A program made the position numbers and the translations under genes. A stretch of 63,392 nt of DNA, the filler included, from Basidiobolus ranarum (lineage: Eukaryota), in NCBI GenBank assembly GCA_040143965.1. It is 28 parts of 28 records of this genome, joined end to end, with 100 filler letters (N's around TTAATTAATTAA, not from the genome) between each part and the next. Parts side by side here need not be neighbours in the genome. Positions count along the whole stretch, not along the records: positions 1 to 2,179 come from JASJQH010003672.1; positions 2,280 to 4,457 come from JASJQH010003673.1; positions 4,558 to 6,733 come from JASJQH010003674.1; positions 6,834 to 9,009 come from JASJQH010003675.1; positions 9,110 to 11,284 come from JASJQH010003676.1; positions 11,385 to 13,557 come from JASJQH010003677.1; 22 more parts are not named here. One strand, written 5' to 3'. Positions 1-13,657 of this stretch are shown one piece after another. The notes below the pieces were generated by a model, which saw only the letters and a program-made list of their open reading frames with translations, searched no databases and was not told the origin of the DNA. The stretch's first letter is position 1. Every line of letters starts with the position of its first letter.

Positions 1-990
1 ATTGATATCAGTGATCATGTTGAAATCTGACTGGGCTCTTGATGGTAAAATCATGAAGTTTAGTGTTGTATTTGGATAGTAGTAATGCGTATGCCTGTTA
101 GAGTAAACTCCATTGATTTGACAAAATCTACAGCAAGATAGTGCATTGTGCCCACAAAAACCTCCAAGTTTACTGATGGCAGGAGTGTCACCAATACATA
201 CAATGATATTAGCTTTTATAAAATATTCACCTATCTGAACCATATTAGATAACAATTCAAATTCCACCATCAAAGACTCCAAGAAGCTATCTATAAGCAC
301 TGCTGATTTAGGTCCAGTTGTGATGGATAGTATCAATATATTTTGACTCATATACCATTCAGAAGGAGGAAGATTTAAGTTGATTAAAGTTATTGGCCAG
401 CAAGCCTTTCCAAAGGTATATTTTTTTAGTGAGACACCATCCAGAGCCAATGCAAATACATGATTATACATGTTCTCAAAGAAACCTTGACTTTTCAAAT
501 TGTGGTAATGATATTCATCAAGTATGTCAGTAATACCATCTGCTTTATGATGAATACTTTGGTATTGAACCAATGATCTATATTTTGGTGATTGCATCAA
601 TACTTTAAGAAGGGGAATTAATTGTATGTCAGCCAATTATGAACAATATTTACCTGATTCAGTGATTGCCAATTGTGTGCAAACAGTACATGACTACAGG
701 TTTTTCAGATCACCAGTGAAAGCCAAGTAACCATTTGGACATGAAGGTAGCTTATTTGTTGAAGGATTATATGTCCTACAATTGCCAAGTGTTTCCACTT
801 GTACTAGGTCTATGGCTAGTAACAGTTGCCAATTAACTGTGGTAAAAGTGTAGGAAAGCCAAAAAACACCTGGTTGCTAAGATTGGATTGAACTCTCCAT
901 TCCTCAATAATCAAAGCTGCTTCCTTTACAGTAAGTGTTATGAGTGGACTAATGATAGCCATTAACAAAGAGTCCATAACAAAACCATTG
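1..990 (-). mobile_element. Degenerate CACTA/EnSpm (Tnp2-like) transposase, N-terminal part
   Basis: The minus strand gives WPITLINLNLPPSE and GGFCGHNALSCCRFC, matching the Tnp2 motifs WP..IN.NLPP and GHN..CR.C. Many stops; homologous to 23040-24917 and 52225-54169. Confidence 0.85.
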
Positions 991-1372
991 TCTTCTTCTT
1001 AAGTGCACCTATTACTGATGTTACCCACCAGGATTTGTGTGGCTGGTGGCTTTGTACAGTGACTATGCTTGTGATTGTTTTTGCTATGAAGCCTCTGCTT
1101 TCATAGTACAAGAATTTGTGACAATAATAGCAGGGCTTCTTCAAATATTTTTGTTGCAGCAAGAGAAAGATATTGTAGAAAAAAGAACACCTTCCATGTA
1201 AGGGTGGTATTTTAGGTATAGCCCACAATATCATCAGCTGATTCTAAGACAGTGTCACAGATGAGTCATCCGGGGATTTACAAGATATTTCTGGTAATGA
1301 AAGGCAATTTAGATTATTATAAGCTGTTACTAAACAATTTGATTACACCAAGTTTGCCTTCTGAAAATTTCA

Positions 1373-2179
1373 ATGCCATTCAAAAAGTGTTCAAAATCCA
1401 AATCAAAATTGGCTTCCAAGCCAAAGCCTGCTGTCACAAAAGGAAAAAAAAAAGCAAGAACAGATGACTTGATTGATGAGCAGTCTAGCAATCCACTATC
1501 CCATTTGGAAGGCATTAACATGCTGGAAACTAACTCAAGTAATGATAAAGCATAAATTAATTTATCAGATATGTTCCTTTCCAGCAATATTGCAAGCAAA
1601 GAGTTTGTGATCCCCCAATTACATAGTAAATCAACAGTTGAGCAAAGTTCAACCAAAACACCATCAACTTCCAAAACGGCTACTTTGCTCACTATTGAAC
1701 AACCCTCCGTAGAGAATTTTGAGAGAATTATCATGAGGGAATTGCAGGCAGAACACTGTAATGATTTGTTTGCAAACGTAAGTAAAAACTACAATGTTGC
1801 TATACAGGCCATGACAAGTAATAATGTCACAATATTGCAATTAATGCAGTGTTTGGAAGCAATTACCCAACAGTTAGAGAGTCACTCAACAGTAATAAAA
1901 GACCTTCAGAATATTGTATTTGAGCTACAGCAACATGCTGCTCCCTCTGTCCAATCTCATATGGGATTTCAATCAATCCCACACCATATATATGAATGTC
2001 ACCATCACAATCTAGCAGAGCAGAATATTTGTTAGACCATTAAGCCTACCAAACAACCCAAAATTGCTTGTGCACATGAAAGTAGATACCTCATAGGAAA
2101 ACCGGCAAACTTAAAGACTCTGAATGTCAGAGCTGCCATCACTTGCTCTGATGATGAGTGGTTTAAAATTTTGGAAACT
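1373..2179 (+). mobile_element. CACTA family second ORF (unknown protein), degenerate, divergent from the transposase
   Basis: MPFKK...SKPKP...IPQLHSKSTVEQSSTKTPS; similar copies at 33200-33753(-), 51300-51890(-) and 61236-61494(+). Here it lies head-to-head with the transposase. Confidence 0.75.
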
Positions 2180-2279
2180 NNNNNNNNNNNNNNNNNNNNN
2201 NNNNNNNNNNNNNNNNNNNNNNNTTAATTAATTAANNNNNNNNNNNNNNNNNNNNNNNNNNNNNNNNNNNNNNNNNNNN

Positions 2280-2723
2280 AGCCAAACTTTGAGGTATTAA
2301 GATTTAGGTTAGGATTAAGTATATGAATATTTAGTTGAGTGTGAGTGTTGAAGCTTATTGGCTTTATCATATTTGTTATCTCTATCTTTATACATCTAAT
2401 TATCTCATATATCACATATAGATTAGTTATCATTACTTAGTCAAATATTACTTCACTGAAAATTGGAGCATATATAATATATATATGTGAATCATGTGAG
2501 AATTAGCAATTTCAAATTGGAAATTTCAAACTTGTCCAAATTGCCCCAAAAATAGCTCATTTTACTCCCACAGATGTTCTGAACACAACCCCAGTGCTGG
2601 TTTTTTGTATTTGCACCAAAATGTATAAACGCTTTATTTCTGGACAATAAATAATTATCTCAAAATGCTATTGGCTACTCCACTTTTCTAAAGTTCCTCC
2701 AAACAGCCTATATTTTCCGAATA
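2280..2723 (+). mobile_element. Copia 3' end: end of RNase H, polypurine tract and LTR family B (2346-2723)
   Basis: The LTR begins TGTTGAAG after the PPT-like TTGAGTGTGAG; same arrangement as 46845-47575(-). Confidence 0.85.
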
Positions 2724-2729
2724 GGTTTG

Positions 2730-4226
2730 CTCATCCAATTGAAAGTCAATCTCCACTTCTTTCAAACCTCCTCACAATTCTTGCTGAACTGGAAGCCACA
2801 TTTGGAAATACAGAGAAGGATAGAACTTCTGCCACCAAGCTCATGGTACTTAAACATGGGTCAAAGCCTGCATGAACTTATGCTGCAGAATTCCGCCTTC
2901 TTGCTTGTGATCTCAATTGGGGAGAATCTGCCCTGATCAACCAATTCCTATCCCTAACAAAAAAAATTTAAATTTGCATTTCATACTATTATCTGATGGT
3001 TTTTTAATTGTATTTTACTGATATTGCAACAATTTTCTTATGATTTCTCTACCAGTTTTTTTTTCTCCGGTTTTCTCAAGGTATTGCTAACCCCATATTT
3101 GTGTTTTCTCTGCTTTTCCTCTGGTATTTATTCCCATATTTTTCATAGTGAATATGGACTCTGCAAAACTATTAAGGATCTTTTGCTCACTATGGCTGAC
3201 CCAGTGCCCTTGACTGATGCTATCCATCAGGCAGTCAAATGTGACAACCAGTTGTTTGAAAGACAACAAAAAAGAAATATGGCTCCTTTCTTCTCTCCTT
3301 GCTCATCTACTTTCAGACCAACCTTCAATTAAACCCAAAATAGAGCTCAAGCAGATGACCCAATGCAAATTGATGGAACTTGATTCAGAAAGCTTGGCCC
3401 TGAGGAGAAATATTGATGGCAACAAAAGAATCTATGCTTCTATTATGGAGCTCCTGGACATGTAGCAAGAACCTGTCAAAAAAAATCCTAGATTTAAGAT
3501 TAACAATATAGAAGTAGAAGAGAACTCATCCCAACCATCAGAAAACCTCAACCCCCAGCTGCAATAATGGACATGCTGTTGGGTTAACCATCTTCAAAAA
3601 TGTTTCTTCACAATACATTGCAATCTCTGCAATCATACCAATTATTAAAGCTGCCCATTACACTCCTGCTACCAAATTCAAAGTCAATAAAAACAACTGC
3701 ACTTCTTAATTCAGGTACTTCCTACTGTTTTATTGACTCTGCCTTTGTCAAATATTGCTCTATCCTAGCAATCTAGAAATCTAGTCCAGTTCTTGTAGAA
3801 GTAATCAATGGAGGGCTGCTATTATCAGGTGCTGTAACACATGAGACAACCTTTATGACACTTATGTTCACTGCTCGTCAAGAAGAAATAGCCTTTGATA
3901 TCTTTTCTTCACCTCACCACACAGTCATCCTTGGTATCTTATAGCTCATGCAGCACAACTCAGTAATCAACTGGAAGAAGAAGATTATCATGTTCAAGGA
4001 AACTCCACCTCCTAGTCCATATCTGCCAACCTGCAAAATATCCAACCCATCATCAGCCCAAATCCTAAAAACATCTTTGAAGCCAATATCCCTTGACAGT
4101 ATTGCTGAAGAGCTGAAATCAACAAGACCTGTGGTTCAAAAGTTCCCACCCAAATACTCAGCCTTTGTTGATGTCTTTGACAAGAAGAAATCTCATATAC
4201 TCCCAGCTGATCATGAGAATCTTTAG
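2730..4226 (+). mobile_element. Degenerate Ty3/Gypsy gag-protease
   Basis: Gag YAAEFRLLACDLNWGESALINQF and AVKCDNQLFER; PMQID; decayed zinc knuckle LCFYYGAPGHVARTC; protease ALLNSGTSYCFID (cf. ALLDSGA). Confidence 0.8.
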
Positions 4227-4249
4227 TATTTTAGTATAATCAAAGTTCT

Positions 4250-4457
4250 CAACCAGCAACTCATTATTTCGTAGTTAGTTTACTCATATTCTGATTATTT
4301 AGTACTCAATTGTGTTATTCAAAAACATGTGTTTATTGCTCTAATTGATAGAAATATTAATTAGATCACTTTTACCAATTTTCACTATTTTCTCAAAACT
4401 TCTTCAAATCACCTCAAATTTTCACCCATGCTTAACAGGCATATTTGTTATGATCTA
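4250..4457 (+). repeat. Copia LTR family C, partial
   Basis: Matches 48244-48594(-), 22020-22347 and 51896-52097. Confidence 0.8.
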
Positions 4458-5879
4458 NNNNNNNNNNNNNNNNNNNNNNNNNNNNNNNNNNNNNNNNNNN
4501 NTTAATTAATTAANNNNNNNNNNNNNNNNNNNNNNNNNNNNNNNNNNNNNNNNNNNNAATATATAATAGCTTAATTGAGCAATATGTGAAGCACTGTATA
4601 TACCTACGTTGATGAGATAAATACTGAAGCTTTTACCCTTTATCTGAATTCACATCTTTAATCTATATCTTATATATTAGCTTGGAGTGGTCTCTAGTAT
4701 TCCCAATATAATTCAATGGTTTGCTACTACACTGATAGGGTTACTAATAGGATTAGTCTTAGACCAAACCTTCTTTTCGTTTACTACAGTTTTATTGGGT
4801 GACAATCACTTCCTTGATCAAAACATCAATGATCGAACAGTTACTGAAGTGTTTGGGGTTAATATGAAACAAATGCTAACTATAAGTGTTCTTATGTCTT
4901 GAAAATCCACTAAACCATCACTAATTCCTACAGCTATCAACAACAATCACCACATGTAAAATATATTCAAGTGCTTCAGCTTAATCAGATCTAACTTCGG
5001 TTTTCGCCAAAATGTATACATACTCAATATCTTCCCTTATAAACTCAGTGGGGTAGAATTCCCTTTTAATAGGTATCCATCCAAATTATAAGCAAAGCCT
5101 AAGAGAAACATTTTGTAATCACTGTCATAGATATTTAGTCATCGTTACTGTACTATGATAGTAAACCATTCATATAATAAGTCATGCAGGTAATATCTTA
5201 GTTTATGAACAATTCATGTAAATAAAAGTCAGAATTGGCAATTGCAGAAAACATGGCTCATCTCCACCTCTACCTAAAATTGTGATGCTAGTAAATGAAA
5301 TAAAAGCAGGTCATGAATAATCATTTTTGGTAGGTAGAGCTAGTAATGGATATTGTGGAGTTTATGCAAAACTAGTAGCCTATTTAAAGTGCATAAGTAA
5401 GCACACAAAGACCGTCTTTTTAATAAATCACCGAAAAGCTCATGCTTCTAAGGAATATTGAGGCATGAAAGCCGATTCTAGTCAATACTGCCAAGTGTAT
5501 ATGTTCAAATGTTGTAAAAATGGTGCTAATATTAGCACATGATTCATATCTAGATTTGAGCACGATGGGTATCTAATGAGTAACCAGTTGATAATTCTTG
5601 GCGATGGCTGAGACTTGCTATGATTAAACGTTGCATGCATTGCCTGTATAACCTGCAAACAAATCACTCCAATTGGCCTGAAATGTAACAGGTTTTAGTA
5701 CGTCCTTTAGCAACAATGCTAATATTTTTATATGCTCAATATCGATTCTATTTGTGCCCAGTACAGCATTTCTGGGAACTGCTGGAGTACATGTGCGCGT
5801 GTAACCCATGGCTTCTAAGATTGCTCCATTTGATGTGAGATGTTGCTTATGTCTTGAGTTGTCCTGGATTCTCAGGATA

Positions 5880-6580
5880 CAGTGGGAAAAAACCAATGCG
5901 AGTTACTACGTACTTGCATTATCAAAATCCAGGCAGATTCTTCTCATGGTCCTAAATTCAAGTAACGACGGTAGCGCAGCATCCACCACCTTAATATCTA
6001 TTCTTTATCTCTGCATCTAGAATGATGGAATTCCCTGTCCTCTTAATCATTGACTTATCCAGAAACTGATATAAGATGTAGTGGGTAATCCTGGCACTGT
6101 AGTGTTTCAAATATGAGCAAAACTAGTATAAAACATAGCACTGTTGTCAATCGTACAATATAAATGTGTTAAAAATATGCCCTATTGGAGTAGTTCTTCG
6201 AAAGAAATAGCACTAAGTGCATTCTCGCAGTCGGAGGTTTGCCAATCTCAGTGAATAAAATCCTCAGCCTCAGTCTGCCTGCATAACCCACGCAGCACAA
6301 CATGGAGGACCTGATGAAAGTCCTCGCCAAGAACAACAACTTGGAATTAAAGTATTTTATCCATGCCTGGAGCAGGTTCATTTGCAGCAGCAAGAGCAGA
6401 ATTGTTGACAGGATTGGCATTAGGATTGATGTTCACGTTGGCTCGGTCATGGTTCGTGTGGACATACTTGTACAAATACTCCACCGTGGACATGGATGTG
6501 CAGCTTAGGTATAGTTCATGTGGGACTACTCAGCAGTTGTCGATATTCACATAATGATAGCCATGCACATCACAGTTTGG
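5880..6580 (-). pseudogene. Helitron Rep/PIF1-helicase relic, internally deleted
   Basis: The minus frame gives IDNC*VVPHELYL...STVEYLYKYVHTNHDRANVNI (cf. Helitron DNRWVVPYN...KYLYKYVYKGHDRA), then VVVLGEDFHQVLHVVLRG (cf. PIF1 VVLGGDFRQILPVV.RG); in-frame stops. Confidence 0.7.
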
Positions 6581-7016
6581 GTGTGGAAATTAATGATGCA
6601 TAATCTAATTTCCAATAGTTTCTTAACCTTGGCAATGTTGAGCCAACCATTGTAGTTTCCACTCTGGGCAACCGAATATTGTAAAAAATGTAACGTCATT
6701 TGATTATTTAGATTGATCACACGCTCTTAGATANNNNNNNNNNNNNNNNNNNNNNNNNNNNNNNNNNNNNNNNNNNNTTAATTAATTAANNNNNNNNNNN
6801 NNNNNNNNNNNNNNNNNNNNNNNNNNNNNNNNNTGTTGAATAAAGATTAATTATCCAACAAGGTTCCCTAAAGTTAGAGAGAGCTTCTTCTTTTGTTTCC
6901 ATAAACATAATCCTCATAAATTTCCATTTTGGTTTGGAGACTAATTTGAATTCCAGAAATTAGGAGTTTTTGACCATTTTGCTCAAATAATCAGATTCAA
7001 TATGATCACATCTCTT

Positions 7017-7363
7017 TGTTAAAGTATTTGCAAGCCTGTTGGAAGTGGTTTGGAGAATTAGAGGAATTTGTGGTTTTCACTTATTGATTTATTGAGTAGA
7101 AAGTTGACATTTATAGTTTTGTCAAGATGTAAACAAACTAATATGTAGAATATGTTAAGGAAGGTCCTGGCAACATGTGTGCAAAGTTTGGGGCTTCTAG
7201 CACAAGTTTGAAAAATCTATATATCTGAGAACTTCTAAGTTTGTAAAGTATTCTAAGTAAATTCCAATTGAGAATAATTGATAATATCTTAGTGAATTAT
7301 AAGATAACTAAGTATTAAGCTATATATGACTATATAGGTGTTTAGGCAATGCTAATTTCAGCA
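7017..7363 (-). repeat. Solo LTR, Copia family A (~347 bp)
   Basis: TG...CA ends; flanks CTCTT/CTTTT, a 5-bp TSD with one mismatch. Confidence 0.85.
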
Positions 7364-7504
7364 CTTTTATGCCTTAATTAATTAGTTTCTTTATTGCAAT
7401 AACTTATATTCACACATAAACCACTTGGATTATATGTAAGTTTATATAAGTTCTAATCCTTTCCCCCAAAGCTAAATAATTCCAATTTTGCTCTGTGATG
7501 GTAC

Positions 7505-7851
7505 TGTTAAACTATTTGGGAGCTTGTTTGAAGTGGTTTGGAGAATTAGAGAAAATGGTGGTTTTCACTTGTTGATTTATTGAGTAAAATGTTGACATTT
7601 ATAGTTTGGTCAAGTAGTAAGCAAACCTACATGTGATATATGTTAAGGAAGATCCCAGGAACATTTATGCAGAGTTTGGGGCTTCAAGAACAAGTTTGAA
7701 AAATCTACAAACCTGGTAACTGCCAAGTTGCTAAAAATATTTTCAGTAAATTCTGATCAAGAATACTGGATAATATCTTAGAGAAGTGTAGGATAACTGA
7801 ATACAAAGCTATATAGGGCTATATAGGCATTTAGGCAATGCTAATTCAACA
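7505..7851 (-). repeat. Solo LTR, Copia family A
   Basis: TGTT...AACA ends; flanks GGTAC/GATAC. Confidence 0.85.
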
Positions 7852-8518
7852 GATACATCCTGACTTACCAAAATTGAATTTTATCCCTTTTGAGGTCACC
7901 TTGCACACAGATATTAAATTCTTGGCAATATCTAGGACATGTAGTATATCTTGAAAGTATACACTTTCTCTTCAGTAGTAGCAGTAAAATTGAATTTAAT
8001 TGCTCCTATTCCAATGTCAACAAGTGTATGGTCATCTCCCAGGAAACTTTTGTAATTGGGATTTCTTTGTAATCCACAAACTAATGTTTTTCAAATGTGA
8101 TATGATTGGAGGCTCCAGAATCAATATGCCACATGAGAGAATCCTTGTTGGTAGTCATAGTTAGAGCAGATATGATCAAATGATCCTTTGTTGTGACTGT
8201 ATTTATAGGTTTAGTATGTTTTTCTTCTTTGGCAATTCTTTAATAGCACTCTTGGCTTAAATGGCCTGTTCTTTTGGAGTAATCACACAGTATGTTACTT
8301 TTCTTCATATAGTGTTTGTTCTGACCTTGTAAGGATGGTTTCCATAGCCTATTAAAACATTTTCTTCATTGCTTAGGTTAAATCCTCACTGGCATAAGTC
8401 TTCATCCAGGAGCCTGTCAAACTTTCAGTTCTTGATTATAGAGCCATTACTAAGCTGTAAAACTTGTGTGGCAGGCTATTTGATTTGTAACTACAATCTC
8501 CTGATCAATAGTGGGTAC

Positions 8519-8850
8519 TGTTAAAGTATTTGGGAGCCTGTTGGAGGTGGTTTGGAGAATTAGAGGAATTGGTGGTTTATGCTTATTGATTTATTGAGTA
8601 GAAAGTTGACATTTATAGTTTTGCCAAGATGTAAACAAACAAACATGTAGAATGTGCTAAAGAAGGTCCCAGAAACATTTGTGCAAGGTTTGGGGCTTCT
8701 AGCACAAGTTTGAAAAAAAATCTATATATCTGAGAACTTCTAAGTTGGTAAAAATATTTCAAGTAAATTTGATTTGAAAATAATGGATTATACCTCAATG
8801 AATTATAAGATAACTAAGTACCAAGCAATATATGACTACATAGGTGTTTG
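8519..8850 (-). repeat. LTR family A, truncated at one end
   Basis: Similar to 7017-7363. Confidence 0.8.
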
Positions 8851-11761
8851 ATCCTGGCAAAACTATCACAATTAACTCTCAAAGCTCTTTTTCTTGCAGC
8901 AACATTCTCATTTTCATTTTTATTTTCCTAACTTGATAATTGATTCCATCACATTTTTCAGAAGAGGGAAAAGTTCCAGAGATTTGAGAAGTAGACATTA
9001 CAGAGAGTGNNNNNNNNNNNNNNNNNNNNNNNNNNNNNNNNNNNNNNNNNNNNTTAATTAATTAANNNNNNNNNNNNNNNNNNNNNNNNNNNNNNNNNNN
9101 NNNNNNNNNTGACACTTCACATGATCTAGTCGATTTTCTCTCGTCTCCAAAGAAGGAACTCAAACCTCTGAAGGTCGTGACACTGAAGGTAACACTAGAG
9201 CCCAGCGCGAAACTCAAGCCCCCAGTGCCTTCCCTGAACCTGACCCATTGGATTGAAATGCATAGTATTTATTAATCTAATATTCAGTTCAATCACTTTC
9301 CAAGAATGTGGAGAACTGTGCTCACTCAATTCGTCTTTGTATTTAGGTTTATGGAATCCATACACTACCCTCAACAATTTGTTTTTCATACTTCTCTATG
9401 TACGTTCCATTCTATGGGTGAAGTGTATATGGAACCAGTAAAAATATTGTTTTCCCCCTCTTCCGGATCTTTTCAATTATAGTTGTGATTTCTTAATACA
9501 ATATCTCGATACCTTTCTTTTTCCCCTCTTCTGATATCAAGATGTTCTATTTTTTCCAGTATCCAAAAAGCTCTTAGTAATTTCTTTTATCAGGATATTT
9601 GAACAATGAACTATTTTCTTTGTCGAGAGGGGAAAGATTTCCATAATCCAATGGCCTATTTCAAAAGGTATATTCGAAGTGAACAGCCGTATTGGATATT
9701 GGCCTTTTGGAAAGAAACAAAAGTGCATAGAGTACTCGAGTTTCAAGGTTGCTTTTTTCTATACAATTTAATTCCCAACCGAATCCAATTGTTCCTTACG
9801 TCTTTTAGATTCTCCCTTTGTTTCCCAGTTATCCCAGTGTCCTCCCCACCGCTTCATACTATAATATATTGGTATTTACCAACCTCTCTAAAAGTATAAG
9901 AGAAGGTTCTGACTATGATTACACGGAACATTGATTGTTTCCAAAAGAATTGTGATTGATGCCAACATAAGAATAACCAATAGGAAGTTAGTAAAAGAAC
10001 TATCAGCATGAGATTGATATCGAGGGCGGTGCAAAGATCGGATAATCTGTTAGGATTAGGGTTTATTGAAAGCGGGGGCGAAGGCGAGAGCGATGGCTGG
10101 AATACATTTACATGAATCGCTTTTCTTTTCATGGAAGTACATCTTTTGAAGGCTGTGATTCTGTTGTACTGTAACACTATTTCAACCAACCTGCATTATC
10201 TCCGGAAGGCTAATTTAGGCTATTTTACAGGCAAGTAGCGGTGATGGAATAAACATCGATGTTTGATAACTTTATATGATCATAAATGTTGAATTGAATA
10301 CAAATTATTACCATCTATAGATGTTCCTAATGGCATGAATTACATCAACTCATTCATGAATATACGAAAACCCCGCATGATTGCTATCTTGTCAAACTAC
10401 AAATAAAATAAACTCTAATAAGGCATAAACTAAGAAACTTGAGAATTTCTCTAGACTGTAGTAAAACTTGCATTTGAACCCACCATACAATATGTTTGTA
10501 TGGTGTAGAGGAGGTGAATATTTGTACGTCAAGTATAAGAGCACTCAACTTTTTAAAAGCTAGTATAAAATACTATACCAACGTTTTACATTTCACTCAA
10601 GCTGTACATTAATACTCAGTAACTCGCCATCTATTTGAAGTCACATTGGTATGTTCCTAGGAAGAAAACATAATTATTTCTAGTTTTGGCTTAAATCTAT
10701 TTTCAAGGTTCCACTTCCCATTAACCTTGCTTTGTGGGCTTACTGCTGACATTAGCCGGAGACAGTAAGAACACGAAGAGGTCCAATTGTGTTCAAAGTC
10801 GTTGGAATGAATGGGAATATGTCCTTCAGATGGATCTAAAGGTGGTTTGATACCCACACGCTTCTTGGATTTCGCATTTTATTTGATAAAACAGGGATTA
10901 TGGATGAATTTATCAATAAGATGTATTACCTAAAACTGGAGAGAAACTACCTTCTCTGTCTGAGTTTAAATTAAATAACAATTAAGATGCAAGGACATGT
11001 TGAGAATTCTCATGATAGTCCGCAATTGAAATCATGAGTGTGACTCATTCATCCAGTGCTTGATCTGATGGAAAAAATAGAAGGTTCGTTGGTGAGAGGT
11101 GGAACCAATTGATCAAACATGACAAATGGAATAGAGGATGATTCTAATGTAGAAACTTCCAACAATCGGGAGAGTTTTATGCCGTTGTGTAAGCTAGAGT
11201 GACGAAATAAAAGGCGAGGTGAAGGTTGGTAACGAATAATCCATTTTTCTCAAACACCAATAATGGGTTTCTTTCAAGGAATCCNNNNNNNNNNNNNNNN
11301 NNNNNNNNNNNNNNNNNNNNNNNNNNNNTTAATTAATTAANNNNNNNNNNNNNNNNNNNNNNNNNNNNNNNNNNNNNNNNNNNNCTGTCACTTTAACTTG
11401 TGTTTATATTCGTTCAACTTGGCTTACTTACAGAATGGGAATGGAATGATCTAAAGAAATTAAATTGTTTGTTTCCATGAGATTCACACGAATATTGAGT
11501 AGATTGAGTTTATTTGGTTAAGGTTCTTTTTTCTAGTAAGATATATGCCCATTGGTGTTAGCATCAAGAAACAGAATTACAATTAGGAAGGGTGAGATGA
11601 GGTGAAGGCGGGATGTTGCTAAAAACAGTATACAATACAGCGAAGATGAGACAGAAGGAAGGAAAGGAAGGGAAAAGAAAGAGGATATTTTTATCTCTAC
11701 ATAGATGAATAATTGACCTATCTAAACTCTCAGATCAACTAAGAGCTGAGGGTAATTATGT

Positions 11762-13557
11762 TTAGGGATGGGAAGCAGAGGATAAACACGGGGTGTTCAC
11801 CAAAGATGACGATGCTGAAGACGCTCTACTTGAAATGGTTTTCAACAGTAGTGACATATCCGAGCGTGAGCTTTTCTGAGACTTTCTAGAGTCTGTAGTT
11901 TGCGAAGGTGATCGCTTAACTGATGAATCGCCCTCCTGTTCATTAGTAGAGTCCCACGAAAGTTTAAGAGCTTCTTTGAGCGTTTCAAATTTAACTGGTT
12001 TACGTATTCCATTGACTTTTTCTGATTTGTGTAATGTAGGAAAGGTAAATTTAGGAATTAAACCATGCATCACTCTAGAGGTAGAAGTAATTGTTCGGCT
12101 GATCAACTTCTTTGAATCCTCGGTGGTAAGTATAGAGTTATCGGTAGTCAGACGCTTCTCCAATTCTGTAAATCTTTTCTTCAATTCCACTCGGTGATTG
12201 AGAATGTGCAGTATTTTTTGGAAGGAGAGAGGGATCAGTTGGTAGTCGTTAGACTTGGCATCATCATCCTTGTAGATGTCGTTCATAGACATTCCATTCA
12301 AGCATGTAAAGTTCTTTTGTTCATCAATATCGAATAAAGGGGTCCACTGGTTTGCCAGTTGACGCTCCTCAATGACATGTTCAGCATGTTCGATGATTTC
12401 CGTAATATTCAGCTGGACTCCAAGACGAAGAATATAGAGACCCACTAGTTGATCGATGAATACTCGAGTAGCAAAGTCGGCGTTCTCATTAGTCTCGTTA
12501 TACTTCTGAAGCTTGAACATCACTGGAATTGTTAGAACCAACTCGTCAAGTACATATCGTTGTAACATCTGTTTGAAAATTGCTGAAACAATAGCAAAAT
12601 CAATCGGTAAAGCAGATTTCCCTGTCACACAATCAATCAGGACTTTGTGAACAGAACCTCGGAATTTCATATCTGGATTGGAGTTACGACGTACAAGACG
12701 ACTGTTGATGGTGAGTTTACGATTGGGAATATGACTAGTTCCAGTATTTTCGTTTTCAAAGCATGCCGACAAAAATTTCCCACAAGCCACTCTAATATCT
12801 AGAATTTGCAAGAGAATATTCGAATTTTAGTTGACTTATAACATGACGGAAGATCGACATAAATCCATGTATACCTAGAGATTCGCTTTTCAAAAAGGGG
12901 AGAACTAGGGATATCACTCGAAAAGTGATACGAGGGACGATCGAGTTGGTCGTAGAAGCCACTCGGTTATTATCGACAATGGCAGTTAAGCATTGTAGCA
13001 TCTTAACTCGAAATAAAGATGCAGGAACACCATCGATCTCCGATCGTCTGTCATTGATCTTCATCTTTCCGAGTATGTAAGACATAATATCGGTTACTTG
13101 ATCTGCGTAGTATATATTTTTGGCCAAGGCACCAATGGCATTTACCAAACTATCCTCGATATTTGTAAATTCAATTGTTAAGGTTGAATCCGTTGTGCTG
13201 GACCTCAAACACTCGCTGAAGTAATCTATCAAGGCACCAAGAAGCTCCAACACTGATATTCCGGGAATGAGTGTGTAGTTCAAGAGAAGAGATACAAGTA
13301 GTTTTGACAGAGTATGCTTCTTAGGAGTGTGACACTCCGCATCGATTCGTTTGATTATCTCATTAACTACCATGAACCGATATCTTTGCTAATATTTTCA
13401 GTGATCACAAGTTAATAACAAGTAAGTGAAAATTATATAGAATGTAATAATAACCTCCATATTGTTTAAGATGTAATGAACAATCTCTACTGCACACTCT
13501 TGACGATTCCAAAAATCATTCTCATCCAAGTATCTATTCAACTTCAGGTAAATATAG
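11762..13557 (-). CDS. EFR3: EFR3-like plasma-membrane PI4-kinase scaffold, C-terminal part, spliced
   Basis: ORFs 12792-13373 and 11762-12811 join in frame through a GT-AG intron at 12799-12874. IGALAKNIYYADQVTDIM and GISVLELL resemble fungal Efr3. CpG-rich, unlike the TEs. Confidence 0.75.
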
Positions 13558-13657
13558 NNNNNNNNNNNNNNNNNNNNNNNNNNNNNNNNNNNNNNNNNNN
13601 NTTAATTAATTAANNNNNNNNNNNNNNNNNNNNNNNNNNNNNNNNNNNNNNNNNNNN

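Larger units (their letters stand above)
6834..9009 (-). mobile_element. Degenerate Copia gag-protease region interrupted by three family-A LTRs
   Basis: Gag start MSTSQISGTFPSSEKCDGINY at the right end; decayed knuckle CDYSKRTGHLSQEC; protease WHIDSGASNHI (~8100-8135). Confidence 0.85.

Noticed and set aside
1330-1734. Recurring ORF IILSKFS..GCSIV.KVA.LEVDG (also 33341-33715, 61188-61457)
   Set aside because: Antisense shadow of CACTA ORF2.
9110-11284. Short ORFs in contig 5
   Set aside because: No recognisable motif or consistent exon structure; probably a gene end plus intergenic DNA.
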